Source: a virus
Taxonomy: Duplodnaviria > Caudoviricetes
Virus record (IMG/VR): IMGVR_UViG_3300025879_000020
Location: 1 to 63,059 of that record
Length of the DNA: 63,059 nt
Direction: 5' to 3' (one strand)
The notes below the pieces were generated by a model. The model had not been told where the DNA came from and ran no database searches. It saw only the letters and a program-made list of their open reading frames with translations. The translations under genes were made by a program, and so were the position numbers. Shown one piece after another: positions 8,891-17,727 of the stretch (position 1 is its first letter; every line of letters starts with the position of its first letter).

Positions 8891-9037
8891 TTATTCGTCA
8901 TCTCCGAACATGTTAATAGGTTCTTCGCCTTCCATTTCTGTTCCACAAAAGGGGCAGTATAACACTTCTACTCCATCTTTCTCGTATGAGTATTCGTGTT
9001 CAACTTCGAACTCTAATCCGCAGTTGAAGCAATCCAT
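8891..9037 (-). CDS. Zinc-ribbon microprotein (48 aa)
   Basis: Manual translation MDCFNCG...YCPFCG...DDE*; TAATG coupling to the glutaredoxin gene. Confidence 0.7.
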   Translation of the reverse strand: MDCFNCGLEFEVEHEYSYEKDGVEVLYCPFCGTEMEGEEPINMFGDDE

Positions 9038-9279
9038 TATTCACCTCCGTCATAACGAATCTTTAGCTCTTTAAATCCACCGATATGCTCTACAACCGTT
9101 TCCGCTTCTTCAACTACAGCAAGAGGGACGGAACGAACTTCGGGGAAGGTTTTCATAAAGGCTTCGCGAGTAATGTCAGCGCCAATTTTAACCGCTTCAA
9201 ACTCAATACCCTTATTGGTCAAGAGAGTTTTAGCCATATCGCAATAAGGGCAATTATCCTTGGTGTAGATTTTTATCAT
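9037..9279 (-). CDS. nrdC: Glutaredoxin
   Basis: CPYC, SVP, IGG; follows nrdB. Confidence 0.9.
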   Translation of the reverse strand: MIKIYTKDNCPYCDMAKTLLTNKGIEFEAVKIGADITREAFMKTFPEVRSVPLAVVEEAETVVEHIGGFKELKIRYDGGE

Positions 9280-10415
9280 AGAGATAATCCTTTTAAGGTG
9301 TCTTCTGTTACGTCTTGATTAACCCCACCGATGACATATGATGAGATTTCAGTTTCTTGTGGTGCTACTTGTACGTTACCGCCACCAATCCATTTTTCGG
9401 TCCAGGGTAGAGGATTAGCCTTGGGCACTGTGTACGGGCATGGTAGACCAATAGACTTCATGCGTTTACAAGCAATCCATTCTACATAGTCTGCTAGGAG
9501 CTTTTCGTTAAGACCGATCATAGACCCGTCTTTAAACAGGTACTTAGCCCAGCCCTTTTCTTGTTCTACCGCATCAACGAACATCTTAGTAACCATTTCT
9601 TCGCACTCTTTAGAAATCTTCTCAAAGTCCGGATCTTCTTTTACTAGGTTCTTAATGATCTGTTGAGAAGCAGCCAAGTGTGTGTTCTCATCCCGAGCAA
9701 TAAATTTAATAATCTTGGCGTTACCTTCCATCTTCTTGAGTTCAGCAAATGCCCACGAACAAGCAAACGAAACGTAGAAACGAATGCCTTCAAGGATGTT
9801 TACTGAATTCAAGCAGAGCCAGAGCTTCTTCTTTAACTCATAACGGTCTATGTTAACGAAATCCCTCTTTTGACTAACCTTATTCTCGATGGCATACCGA
9901 CCTTCGCCAACTAGGTCGTACCATTTAGCATAATGAATAAAGTCATCGTAATACTTCGAGATATCCGATGCGCAGTCAGTAATCTCTTTAGAATCCGTCA
10001 ACGTATCAAACACCAGAGTTGGGTTAGAATATACGTTGCGAATAATGTGAGTATAACTTCGCGAGTGAATAGTCTCGAAGAAAGACCAAGTCTCAACTAG
10101 AACCTCTAACTCAGGTAGAGATACGTGGGGGAGAAATGCCAAGTTAGGCGATCTCCCTTGTACCGAGTCTAGTAGGATTTGGCGCTTTAGGTTTGAAGTA
10201 AAGATATGCTTCTCGTTGTCAGTTAGGTCTCCGAAGTCCTTGCGATCTTTACTTACGTCAACTTCTTCTGGTCGCCAAAAGAAGCCGAGCATTTTGTCAG
10301 TCAACTTATCATACTGATTATACTTGACCGAATCGTATCTTGCGATATCGACTGCCTCATCAAAGAACATATTAGATTCTAGATGAGAGGTTTCCCTTTT
10401 CTTAAATACGCTCAA
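9276..10415 (-). CDS. nrdB: Ribonucleotide reductase class Ia beta subunit
   Basis: FFWRPEEVD, ETIHSRSY, EGIRFYVSF, RDENTH, VAPQETEISSY. Confidence 0.97.
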   Translation of the reverse strand: MSVFKKRETSHLESNMFFDEAVDIARYDSVKYNQYDKLTDKMLGFFWRPEEVDVSKDRKDFGDLTDNEKHIFTSNLKRQILLDSVQGRSPNLAFLPHVSLPELEVLVETWSFFETIHSRSYTHIIRNVYSNPTLVFDTLTDSKEITDCASDISKYYDDFIHYAKWYDLVGEGRYAIENKVSQKRDFVNIDRYELKKKLWLCLNSVNILEGIRFYVSFACSWAFAELKKMEGNAKIIKFIARDENTHLAASQQIIKNLVKEDPDFEKISKECEEMVTKMFVDAVEQEKGWAKYLFKDGSMIGLNEKLLADYVEWIACKRMKSIGLPCPYTVPKANPLPWTEKWIGGGNVQVAPQETEISSYVIGGVNQDVTEDTLKGLSL

Positions 10416-10426
10416 TATAATTCCCC

Positions 10427-12715
10427 TTAAATCTTACAGCTTTCGCATTCTTCATCGTCGTAATCGACGGCTTCTAATTCCACAGGTTGCCTGTCATAAA
10501 TCTCGCCAGCACCATCAAACGTGTTATTGTAATAAAGTTGTTTGCCACCATACTTATAGAATGTAACAATATCCTTAATAAGCTGAGACATCGGCACCTT
10601 ACCATTCCAGTTTTCTGGGTTGTAGCTAGTGTTGACTGAAATGCCTTGGTCAATATATTTTTGTAATACAGAACACACCATTAGGTAACCTTCGGGAGAA
10701 GGATGATCCCATAGTAGGTCGTATTTATTCTTTAGATGATGTATGCCAGGAACTACCTGAGCCATGACGCCATCTTTAGATTGCTTATAACTTACCAACG
10801 AACGAGGTGGTTCGATACCGTTAGTTGAGTTAGAAATCTGAGCAGAAGTTTCCGCTGGCATTAGAGCCATCAACGTAGAGTTGCGAATACCAGTCATAGC
10901 AAGTTGGTTACGAAGCGATCTCCAGTCCATACGAACCTGCGGTTTGACCAATTCGTCAACGTCAGATTTGTACGTCATATTAGGAGTCACGCCTAATCCA
11001 TACTTAGTCTCGTCAGATTTAGGACAAGCACCCTTTTCAAGAGCAAGATCGGCAGATGCTTTGATTAGGTAGTAAGACCAAGCTTCTGCGTATTCGTCGA
11101 TTATTTCTAGCGCATCTTGATTATACTTTAACCCACGCTTCGCTAGGAAGTATGCTAGGTTGATAATCCCTACACCCAGTGGTCGACGTGCCATGGTTGA
11201 TACCCTAGCTGCGGGAACTGGGTAATCTTGATAGTCGAGGAGTGCATCGAGTGCTCGTACAGCCAGAGCACAGTATTTCTCGAAGTCTTTCGGGTCGTCA
11301 ATGAGTCCCCAGTTGATTGCTGATAGGGTGCAGAGGCTGATCTCCCCCGACTCATCGTTTGCTGATTTGAGTGGTTTCGTAGGTAGGTCGATTTCGCAGC
11401 ATAAATTGGACTGACGAATAGGTGCGACTTTCTCATCGAATGCTCCATGGGTATTAGCGTGGTCGACATTCATAAGATAGATACGACCCGTATCCTTACG
11501 TTCAGTCAAGAAAGACTGGAACAGTTCCATCGCCGGAACTACCTTCTTACGAATAGAAGCCTTACGCTCGTATTTCTCGTACAGTTCTTTAAACTTATCC
11601 TGATCTGAATAGAAAGCGTCGAACAAATCTGGTACGTCGTGTGGGCTGAATAACGTAATGTTACCGCCAGTTAGTAGACGCTCGTACATAGTCTTGTTAA
11701 ACTGGAAACAGTAGTCCATGTGACGTACACGGTTTTCTTCTGTACCCTTGTTATTCTTAAGTACAACTAGGTCTTCAAACTCAAGGTGCCAAGCTGGTAG
11801 GTATACCGTAGCAGCACCGCCACGAACGCCACCTTGCGAGCAAGACTTAACCGAAGCTTGGAATAGCTTTAGGAAAGGGATAAGACCAGTGTGTACAATT
11901 GAACCATCGCCAATACGAGAACCAACCGCACGGATAGCGCCAGCGCCAATACCTATCCCTGCCTTTTTCGAAATATATCGGACGACAGAAGTAGAGGTAG
12001 AGTTAATGCTATCGAGACTATCACCAGACTCAATGAGTACGCATGATGAGAACTGCCTAGTTGGTGTTCGTACTCCAGCCATAATAGGAGTAGGAAGGCT
12101 GATGTAGAAATTAGAAACTGCGTCATAGAATTCCTTAACGTATTTCATACGTGTTTCTATAGGGTAGTCGCTAAACAAAGTTGCTCCGATAAGCATATAT
12201 GCGACTTGCGGAGTTTCGTAAATCTTCTTCGTAGAACGGTCTTGTACAAGGTACTTACCACGGAACTGTTCCATGGCAACGAAAGCGAACTTATCGTCAC
12301 GCTCGTACTTAATGTACTCGTCCATCTCACGGATCTCTAGTTCTGAGTACAGCTCTAGGATCTCCGGATCGTATACACCGTGTTCAATGTTTTTCTTGAT
12401 CAGGTCGATAAGAGGGGAAGGCTGGTATGTGCCATATACCTCTTTTCGAAGTTTATAGTTGACCAATCGAGCAGCAACAAACTGATAGTTTGGAGTGTGC
12501 TCAGAGATCAGCTCAGACGCCGACTTGATCAAAAGTTCGTGAATATCCGACGAGGTAATCAGGTCGTATAGTTGGATATTCGCTTTAATCTCAATTTCAG
12601 ATACGGAAACGCCATTGATGCCGTCCGTTGCCCAGTCTAGGACTCGATGGATTTTGTCGAGTGAAAACATCTCGACCGATCCATCACGCTTAGTGATAGT
12701 GATAAGTTTATTCAT
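10427..12715 (-). CDS. nrdA: Ribonucleotide reductase class Ia alpha subunit
   Basis: ATP-cone KRDG, RQFSSC, SNLCCEI, C-terminal CESCKI. Confidence 0.97.
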   Translation of the reverse strand: MNKLITITKRDGSVEMFSLDKIHRVLDWATDGINGVSVSEIEIKANIQLYDLITSSDIHELLIKSASELISEHTPNYQFVAARLVNYKLRKEVYGTYQPSPLIDLIKKNIEHGVYDPEILELYSELEIREMDEYIKYERDDKFAFVAMEQFRGKYLVQDRSTKKIYETPQVAYMLIGATLFSDYPIETRMKYVKEFYDAVSNFYISLPTPIMAGVRTPTRQFSSCVLIESGDSLDSINSTSTSVVRYISKKAGIGIGAGAIRAVGSRIGDGSIVHTGLIPFLKLFQASVKSCSQGGVRGGAATVYLPAWHLEFEDLVVLKNNKGTEENRVRHMDYCFQFNKTMYERLLTGGNITLFSPHDVPDLFDAFYSDQDKFKELYEKYERKASIRKKVVPAMELFQSFLTERKDTGRIYLMNVDHANTHGAFDEKVAPIRQSNLCCEIDLPTKPLKSANDESGEISLCTLSAINWGLIDDPKDFEKYCALAVRALDALLDYQDYPVPAARVSTMARRPLGVGIINLAYFLAKRGLKYNQDALEIIDEYAEAWSYYLIKASADLALEKGACPKSDETKYGLGVTPNMTYKSDVDELVKPQVRMDWRSLRNQLAMTGIRNSTLMALMPAETSAQISNSTNGIEPPRSLVSYKQSKDGVMAQVVPGIHHLKNKYDLLWDHPSPEGYLMVCSVLQKYIDQGISVNTSYNPENWNGKVPMSQLIKDIVTFYKYGGKQLYYNNTFDGAGEIYDRQPVELEAVDYDDEECESCKI

Positions 12716-12743
12716 TAATATACTCCAACCGTAATAGACGTCT

Positions 12744-12772
12744 ATTATACCCTAAAATGGGAATAAAGTAAA
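12744..12772 (-). promoter_or_regulatory. T4-type early promoter (nrdA)
   Basis: TTTACT-N17-TATAAT. Confidence 0.8.
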
Positions 12773-12774
12773 GC

Positions 12775-13143
12775 CTATTCCTCAGGTTTTTTCTCGTAAT
12801 AATCTTTATATTTGATGATGATAGTTCGTTGACTGTCTATATAGTTTCTTATCTTGACCATATTGATCGACAGCCTTTCGTACCCATCGTCGGTGAGACC
12901 GAATAGTACCAAATCAACCCCATCTTTCTGAAGTTTGGCAAACACCTCTTCAGCATTTTCTGGGGTTATAACTACCCACTTAACCTCTAAGGGTTCGATC
13001 GGTTGGGGGTCTGGTAGGTCGAGGGGCGCACGTTCCTTTGCCTTTGTTACGACCTCAATGGGTTTAACCTCATCCCGACCGAACGGTAGGATGGAGCAAC
13101 CCGAGACAGCAAGTGCTAGTGTTATGACAATAAGATTCTTCAT
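12775..13143 (-). CDS. Outer-membrane spanin (Rz1-like lipoprotein)
   Basis: Lipobox AVSGC, Pro-rich segment; paired with the i-spanin. Confidence 0.75.
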   Translation of the reverse strand: MKNLIVITLALAVSGCSILPFGRDEVKPIEVVTKAKERAPLDLPDPQPIEPLEVKWVVITPENAEEVFAKLQKDGVDLVLFGLTDDGYERLSINMVKIRNYIDSQRTIIIKYKDYYEKKPEE

Positions 13144-13634
13144 GGGCGAACCTCTACATAGTTAGGGTTCGCGATTCCTGGGCACTCCGAATTAGCATTA
13201 GAAGCTGTGTCAGCTGCTAATTCCTTTTCAGTAAGTGGAGAACCAGATAGGATTTCTAAGCAACGCATAGCATTCTTAGTGCCTCTATTAACCAATCTCT
13301 CGATCAGCTTTGGCTTGCGTGATGCTATGAACCCAAAGTCTCTTGGGTCACCGTTTGCGCTTTGATTAAATTTAGATTGAAGATCTTGTACAGCTTTCTG
13401 TTGTGCTTGAAGCTCTTCGTTTAATTGACGATACGCCTCTTGCTGAAACTTGGAGTCTTGCTCCATGGCTTGAATAACCACTTGCTGGTCTTGAATGCCT
13501 TTTTCTAGTTTCTCAGCGTTTAGTTTTGCTACAGCCAGATCAGCTTGTAAGTTAGAAACGTACCAGAGACCGCCTGCGATAACTAGCACGATTATCAAGG
13601 CTGCGATAGCCTTGATAGCTGACATTATACCCAT
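13140..13634 (-). CDS. Inner-membrane spanin (Rz-like)
   Basis: N-terminal TM, long coiled coil, KPKLIERLVNRGT. Confidence 0.75.
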   Translation of the reverse strand: MGIMSAIKAIAALIIVLVIAGGLWYVSNLQADLAVAKLNAEKLEKGIQDQQVVIQAMEQDSKFQQEAYRQLNEELQAQQKAVQDLQSKFNQSANGDPRDFGFIASRKPKLIERLVNRGTKNAMRCLEILSGSPLTEKELAADTASNANSECPGIANPNYVEVRP

Positions 13635-13651
13635 TATGTAAACCCATACGA

Positions 13652-13918
13652 TTAAAGTTGATTAGAAGCCTTACGTCGGATCGATCGCATTGCTCCAGTA
13701 GAAGAATCTCGCAGAACGATAGTGTTCTTTGGCTTCTTCTTAGCATAATCATATATAGCTCTTTGTTCTTCTTGGGTTGTGTCTAAGTATTTCGACCAAC
13801 GTTCAAACTTGTTACGACCAGTTTCGAACTTACGAAATACTTCTGGGGGAACGTCGAATAGACGGTATGTACTGGGAGCCATATTAACGGCTCCAGATCC
13901 TGCGTTGTTTGCGATCAT
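13652..13918 (-). CDS. Conserved T4-like hypothetical protein
   Basis: 88 aa ORF with ATGA coupling. Confidence 0.7.
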   Translation of the reverse strand: MIANNAGSGAVNMAPSTYRLFDVPPEVFRKFETGRNKFERWSKYLDTTQEEQRAIYDYAKKKPKNTIVLRDSSTGAMRSIRRKASNQL

Positions 13919-14490
13919 TTAGCGATATCCTTTTGACTCACGAAAATCTTTTGACCAGTTGGCTTATGCGTAACTTGGTAAATGTTCTCTCCGAGGATGT
14001 TGTCTACTGGCTCAGAAGCAACGTCTAGAATGACTTCATGCCCCTTTGCCGAGATAGATTCGCAAGTAGAAGGAATGATAATTTCTTCTGCTACAACCCT
14101 ATAAACTCCAGGAGCCAAAGGTTCTTGACTCGATTCAGTCAATGTAGTTCCGTAACCGTTTTCGGTCATCCACTCGTTAATAACTTCTAAGTCGACGTTA
14201 TCGTATTCAGCCTTCTCTTTGAGTAGGTATAGAGCTGCCGCATAGCTGGCAACGATGCTCTTACCGAACGGAAGCTTCTGAATGATTCGCCGAATCTTAA
14301 ATACGAGTCGATGGAACAGAGTGTACGCAGCCTTTTCTTCGCTCGATCGAAGTTCGGAAACCTTCTTAAGAGGGGTTCCTTCATCATCAATAATGCCTAG
14401 ATCGTAGGCTGGCATATCTTCCCACTTCTTCGTCAAAAGGCGAAGGAATCGGAAAGCGTAAATGCTATCGGCGATACTTGTTGCGCTCAT
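13915..14490 (-). CDS. Conserved T4-like hypothetical protein
   Basis: AYDLGIIDDEG, YTLFHRLVF motifs. Confidence 0.75.
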   Translation of the reverse strand: MSATSIADSIYAFRFLRLLTKKWEDMPAYDLGIIDDEGTPLKKVSELRSSEEKAAYTLFHRLVFKIRRIIQKLPFGKSIVASYAAALYLLKEKAEYDNVDLEVINEWMTENGYGTTLTESSQEPLAPGVYRVVAEEIIIPSTCESISAKGHEVILDVASEPVDNILGENIYQVTHKPTGQKIFVSQKDIAK

Positions 14491-14843
14491 ATCTTCCTCA
14501 ATGCTTTGGCGATATTCTCATCAATTGGGACTTCAACCTTTGTTGTATCGGTTATGAAGTTTAGGAATATCAAGAACGTCTTTAGGTAGCTCCAATATTC
14601 CTGTTCCATTCTAAAGAACATCATTTCGTTACAGGCTTTAACGCCAAACACGTTATACAGAACGATTATATGGTTTAGTATTAACCGTTCTTGTAGATCA
14701 GAGTTGACCTTATACCTTTTAAACAACCGTTTCATATATTTGAATCGACTGAGATCCTCGTAGAATTCGTCAGTCGATTCGCAATGGGGGTTGTTATAGT
14801 TCTTTGCTGCAAATATTAAAAAATTATCTTCGGTTAGCTTCAT
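14487..14843 (-). CDS. Conserved T4-like hypothetical protein
   Basis: EFYEDLSRFKY, RLILNHIIVLYNVFG motifs. Confidence 0.75.
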   Translation of the reverse strand: MKLTEDNFLIFAAKNYNNPHCESTDEFYEDLSRFKYMKRLFKRYKVNSDLQERLILNHIIVLYNVFGVKACNEMMFFRMEQEYWSYLKTFLIFLNFITDTTKVEVPIDENIAKALRKI

Positions 14844-14881
14844 TTCATTACCATTAGAATTGAGTTCTAATAGTATTTAGG

Positions 14882-15577
14882 TTAGTCCTTTAGACCGCCC
14901 ATCATGTTCTTATAAACCGATTTCTTGGCAGACTTAGCCGACATACTTGGGCGAGCCTTACCTTTATTTTCTTTTTTCTTATCAGCATCAATCTCTGCTT
15001 TAGTAGGGGCTTTGTACCCACCCTCTTCTAGGTCGGCAGAAACCTTAACCTTATGCTTGGCTTTGAAATCTTTCTCGCCTTTAGCACGTGGCTCTTCAAC
15101 TTCATTTACATCATCGTGGTAGCCTTTATCGTCACAGTGGTCGCATCCTTCGCCTTCGCACTTAGGGCATTCAGTCTTTTCGCTCTTTACAGCTTTAGAG
15201 ATTGCCTTACGACGCTTGGCTAGGTACTTATCGGAAGCATCTTTATCGCCATCGTTATCGATGTCGCCGTCTTCCTTACCTACTGGATCGAGAGCTTCTT
15301 CAACTTTCTCGAAGCCCATTTGGCTGTAGGTGTTCCACTCTACTTTGGAAATGTAAACCTGCTTGTTGCCTTTTTGTACAAGGAACTTACCCTTTCCAGG
15401 CTTACCTTTTACTACAACCTTCTCTTCAAGCTCAGAGGATTCTTGTACCTGCTCAGGCTCAACTTCAGGTTCAGGGGCAACCCCAACTTGTTCCTCTTCA
15501 GCTACGATTTCTTCTTTTGGCGCATACATAGAGTGATATGCCGCAGCGATTGATTTATTGATGTCTACATCTTTCAT
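14882..15577 (-). CDS. Modular, probably head-associated protein (DxDxDG loop, CxxC-CxxC finger)
   Basis: LDPVGKEDGDIDNDGDKDASDKYL; CPKCEGEGCDHC; several LEE/VNE-type sites. Confidence 0.65.
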   Translation of the reverse strand: MKDVDINKSIAAAYHSMYAPKEEIVAEEEQVGVAPEPEVEPEQVQESSELEEKVVVKGKPGKGKFLVQKGNKQVYISKVEWNTYSQMGFEKVEEALDPVGKEDGDIDNDGDKDASDKYLAKRRKAISKAVKSEKTECPKCEGEGCDHCDDKGYHDDVNEVEEPRAKGEKDFKAKHKVKVSADLEEGGYKAPTKAEIDADKKKENKGKARPSMSAKSAKKSVYKNMMGGLKD

Positions 15578-15582
15578 GTTAA

Positions 15583-15924
15583 TTATCCTATGTATAGTTT
15601 GACTATTGCGCCGATTAAGGCAACTACGACTACGTATGTAATCTTATTTAAAATGTTTACGGTATGGGCGTTCTCTCTCGCCAAGTTATCAACTTCATCT
15701 AGGCGCTGCGAAAACCGATTCATACGATCGTAATGATGGTTCATGTTATGTTCAACAGAACCCATACGTTCTTCAGCCCGAGCCAACTTAATCATAGCCT
15801 CGGACAGCTTATCAATCTTGTCCTCAATACGATCTAGGCGGGATTCTTCCCTTTTTACGTGCTCGAACAGTTCTTTACTCATTGATACTTGGTCTTCCTG
15901 GTTCATTAGTAGCCAATCCCGCAA
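15583..15924 (-). CDS. Coiled-coil protein with C-terminal TM (holin/XhlA-like architecture)
   Basis: RLDRIEDKIDKL heptads; hydrophobic C-terminus. Confidence 0.6.
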   Translation of the reverse strand: MRDWLLMNQEDQVSMSKELFEHVKREESRLDRIEDKIDKLSEAMIKLARAEERMGSVEHNMNHHYDRMNRFSQRLDEVDNLARENAHTVNILNKITYVVVVALIGAIVKLYIG

Positions 15925-16196
15925 TTCTTAGTATTTATAATTTCAACTATTAGGGGAGTGAACCCTTTGATTAACCTATGGTACTCCATCTTTGGGATGA
16001 AGTAAACCCCCTTTTCTTCTAACAAGAAAGGTAGACATCCTTCTAGTTGAAGTTGCCAGCCTTGCCCTTCTTTGATTACCAATTCTCTATCTTCTTCGTC
16101 TCTATGCCAGACGTACTCGTCTTGACTTTTATTGACGTCGAAGGTTCGAATAGATCCTTGGTCAGTATATGGCTTACCAGAAATAATCGCCACCAC
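15906..16196 (-). CDS. Cupin-like protein
   Basis: WHRD...IPKMEYHRLIKG. Confidence 0.6.
   Translation of the reverse strand: MVAIISGKPYTDQGSIRTFDVNKSQDEYVWHRDEEDRELVIKEGQGWQLQLEGCLPFLLEEKGVYFIPKMEYHRLIKGFTPLIVEIINTKNCGIGY
15932..15939 (-). promoter_or_regulatory. T4 late promoter
   Basis: TATAAATA. Confidence 0.65.
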
Positions 16197-16551
16197 CCTT
16201 TAGTCCAAGCGATTTAGCATATTTCGGTAATCGACATGCCCAGTAGCCTGGACTCATCTTATCTGTTTTGGTGTCGCAGTTGTGTCGGGCAGCAAAGTTC
16301 TTGGCAGCTTCTTTGTCATTGATCTTAGATGTAAGACCGCCTTGCTTATCTCCGAATTGAATCTTCCGAACGTTACCTGTTTCCGGATCCTTTACATAAA
16401 CAACATACTTCTTACCGTCACCAGAATTACGCTTGGGCGAGTTCAACTCTGGCTCCGCATCTTCCTTGATATACTCTATCATAGGAGAGTCTAGCGGAAC
16501 CATCTTACCGTTGTGTTCGCCAAAGTAACGTTCTTTGAAAGTTTCCATCAT
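16174..16551 (-). CDS. Conserved hypothetical protein with capsid-targeting-like N-terminus
   Basis: METFKERYFGE; KKYVVYV...FG...FAARHNC...GYWAC. Confidence 0.7.
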   Translation of the reverse strand: MMETFKERYFGEHNGKMVPLDSPMIEYIKEDAEPELNSPKRNSGDGKKYVVYVKDPETGNVRKIQFGDKQGGLTSKINDKEAAKNFAARHNCDTKTDKMSPGYWACRLPKYAKSLGLKGGGDYFW

Positions 16552-16787
16552 TTAATACCGTATTTCTTACCGTCTACTTTACGAGCCAAAGTTCTAGCAT
16601 CTACACCATCGATTTGATTAGAGATAACGGCAGCATAGTATTCAATACCGTGTCTTAGTTTGCCGTTCTCTTTAAACTTTCTGTCTAGAACCGTAGTTAG
16701 CATTTCTAATGCGAAGTCGTACTTACGCTTTTTGAAAGAGATAGCAAGAAGCTTCTCTATATCCTGCATAGTAGTATCTTCGTTCAT
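16548..16787 (-). CDS. Hypothetical protein
   Basis: 79 aa ORF inside the cluster. Confidence 0.6.
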   Translation of the reverse strand: MNEDTTMQDIEKLLAISFKKRKYDFALEMLTTVLDRKFKENGKLRHGIEYYAAVISNQIDGVDARTLARKVDGKKYGIK

Positions 16788-16788
16788 T

Positions 16789-17724
16789 TTAGTTTACTTC
16801 TTCTACGAAAGGTAGGACTTCGTACTTACCGCCAACTTTATCAACCTTGTTGCCCATAGCAGCTTTCTTTTCGGCAGCAGCCTTTGACATTGGACCAGTA
16901 GTCTTACCAGACTTACCTTTATCTGGACCAGTGTACTTAACAACGAATTTCTTTCCTTCATTGAGATCCGCTTCTTCCATCATATCTTGCAATTTCATGT
17001 ATTGATCTGATTTAACGAAACCACGATCGACTGGAACTTTATGTTTAGAACCTTTATACACGAATGTGATTGATCTATCGTCTTTCTTAACTTGTGTTCC
17101 ACCATTCTTTTTGATATCTTTTTCTACAGTAGAAACAGCAACTGCGCCTTCATTGAGATCCACTTCTTCTTTCTGAACCTTTCCAAGTTTAACAGTCTTC
17201 CAATCAACACCAGCTACTTTAGCAGCTTTCTTGATAGCTTCTTGAGAATTCCTAGCTCTAACTGGAACCTTCTTTTTAAGTGCAGGAAGTTCTACTGTCC
17301 AAGTGTCCATCATCGCTTCATCGATTTCTACTTCTTCTTTGGCATATATCCCTGTTTTCTTTTTGGGGTCGCCATACTTCTTATCAAGTGCTTTGAACAA
17401 ATCTGCCTTCGACACTACTTTCTTTTTAACTGCCGAATCAGAAGTGCGACCATACATTTTATTCGCCGCATTAGATTGAGCACTTGCCGCACGATAGTTT
17501 TCATCAGCCTGCTCGACTTCTTCTTTCACAAGCTCTAGATCTGATGGTTTGTAATCGATTTGTTTATTGCCAACGGCAACCTTAACAAAGTCTTTACCAA
17601 CGGTTAATACTTTACCAGTCTTTCCGCTTTTCTTACATTTAACAGTACCACCTTCAGGGAACTTACCCGAGTTTTTGGCGATGTCTTTACGAAGACCTTC
17701 ATACAATTCGAAAAAATCTTTCAT
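16789..17724 (-). CDS. Putative head-packaged polyprotein of small basic modules
   Basis: MKDFFELYE start; repeated EE(V/A)(D/E)xxE linkers. Confidence 0.65.
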   Translation of the reverse strand: MKDFFELYEGLRKDIAKNSGKFPEGGTVKCKKSGKTGKVLTVGKDFVKVAVGNKQIDYKPSDLELVKEEVEQADENYRAASAQSNAANKMYGRTSDSAVKKKVVSKADLFKALDKKYGDPKKKTGIYAKEEVEIDEAMMDTWTVELPALKKKVPVRARNSQEAIKKAAKVAGVDWKTVKLGKVQKEEVDLNEGAVAVSTVEKDIKKNGGTQVKKDDRSITFVYKGSKHKVPVDRGFVKSDQYMKLQDMMEEADLNEGKKFVVKYTGPDKGKSGKTTGPMSKAAAEKKAAMGNKVDKVGGKYEVLPFVEEVN

Positions 17725-17727
17725 TTC

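Noticed and set aside
9276-12715. Introns or inteins in nrdA/nrdB (also checked gp43, gp41, gp17, thyX)
   Set aside because: All are continuous ORFs of normal length with no visible insertions
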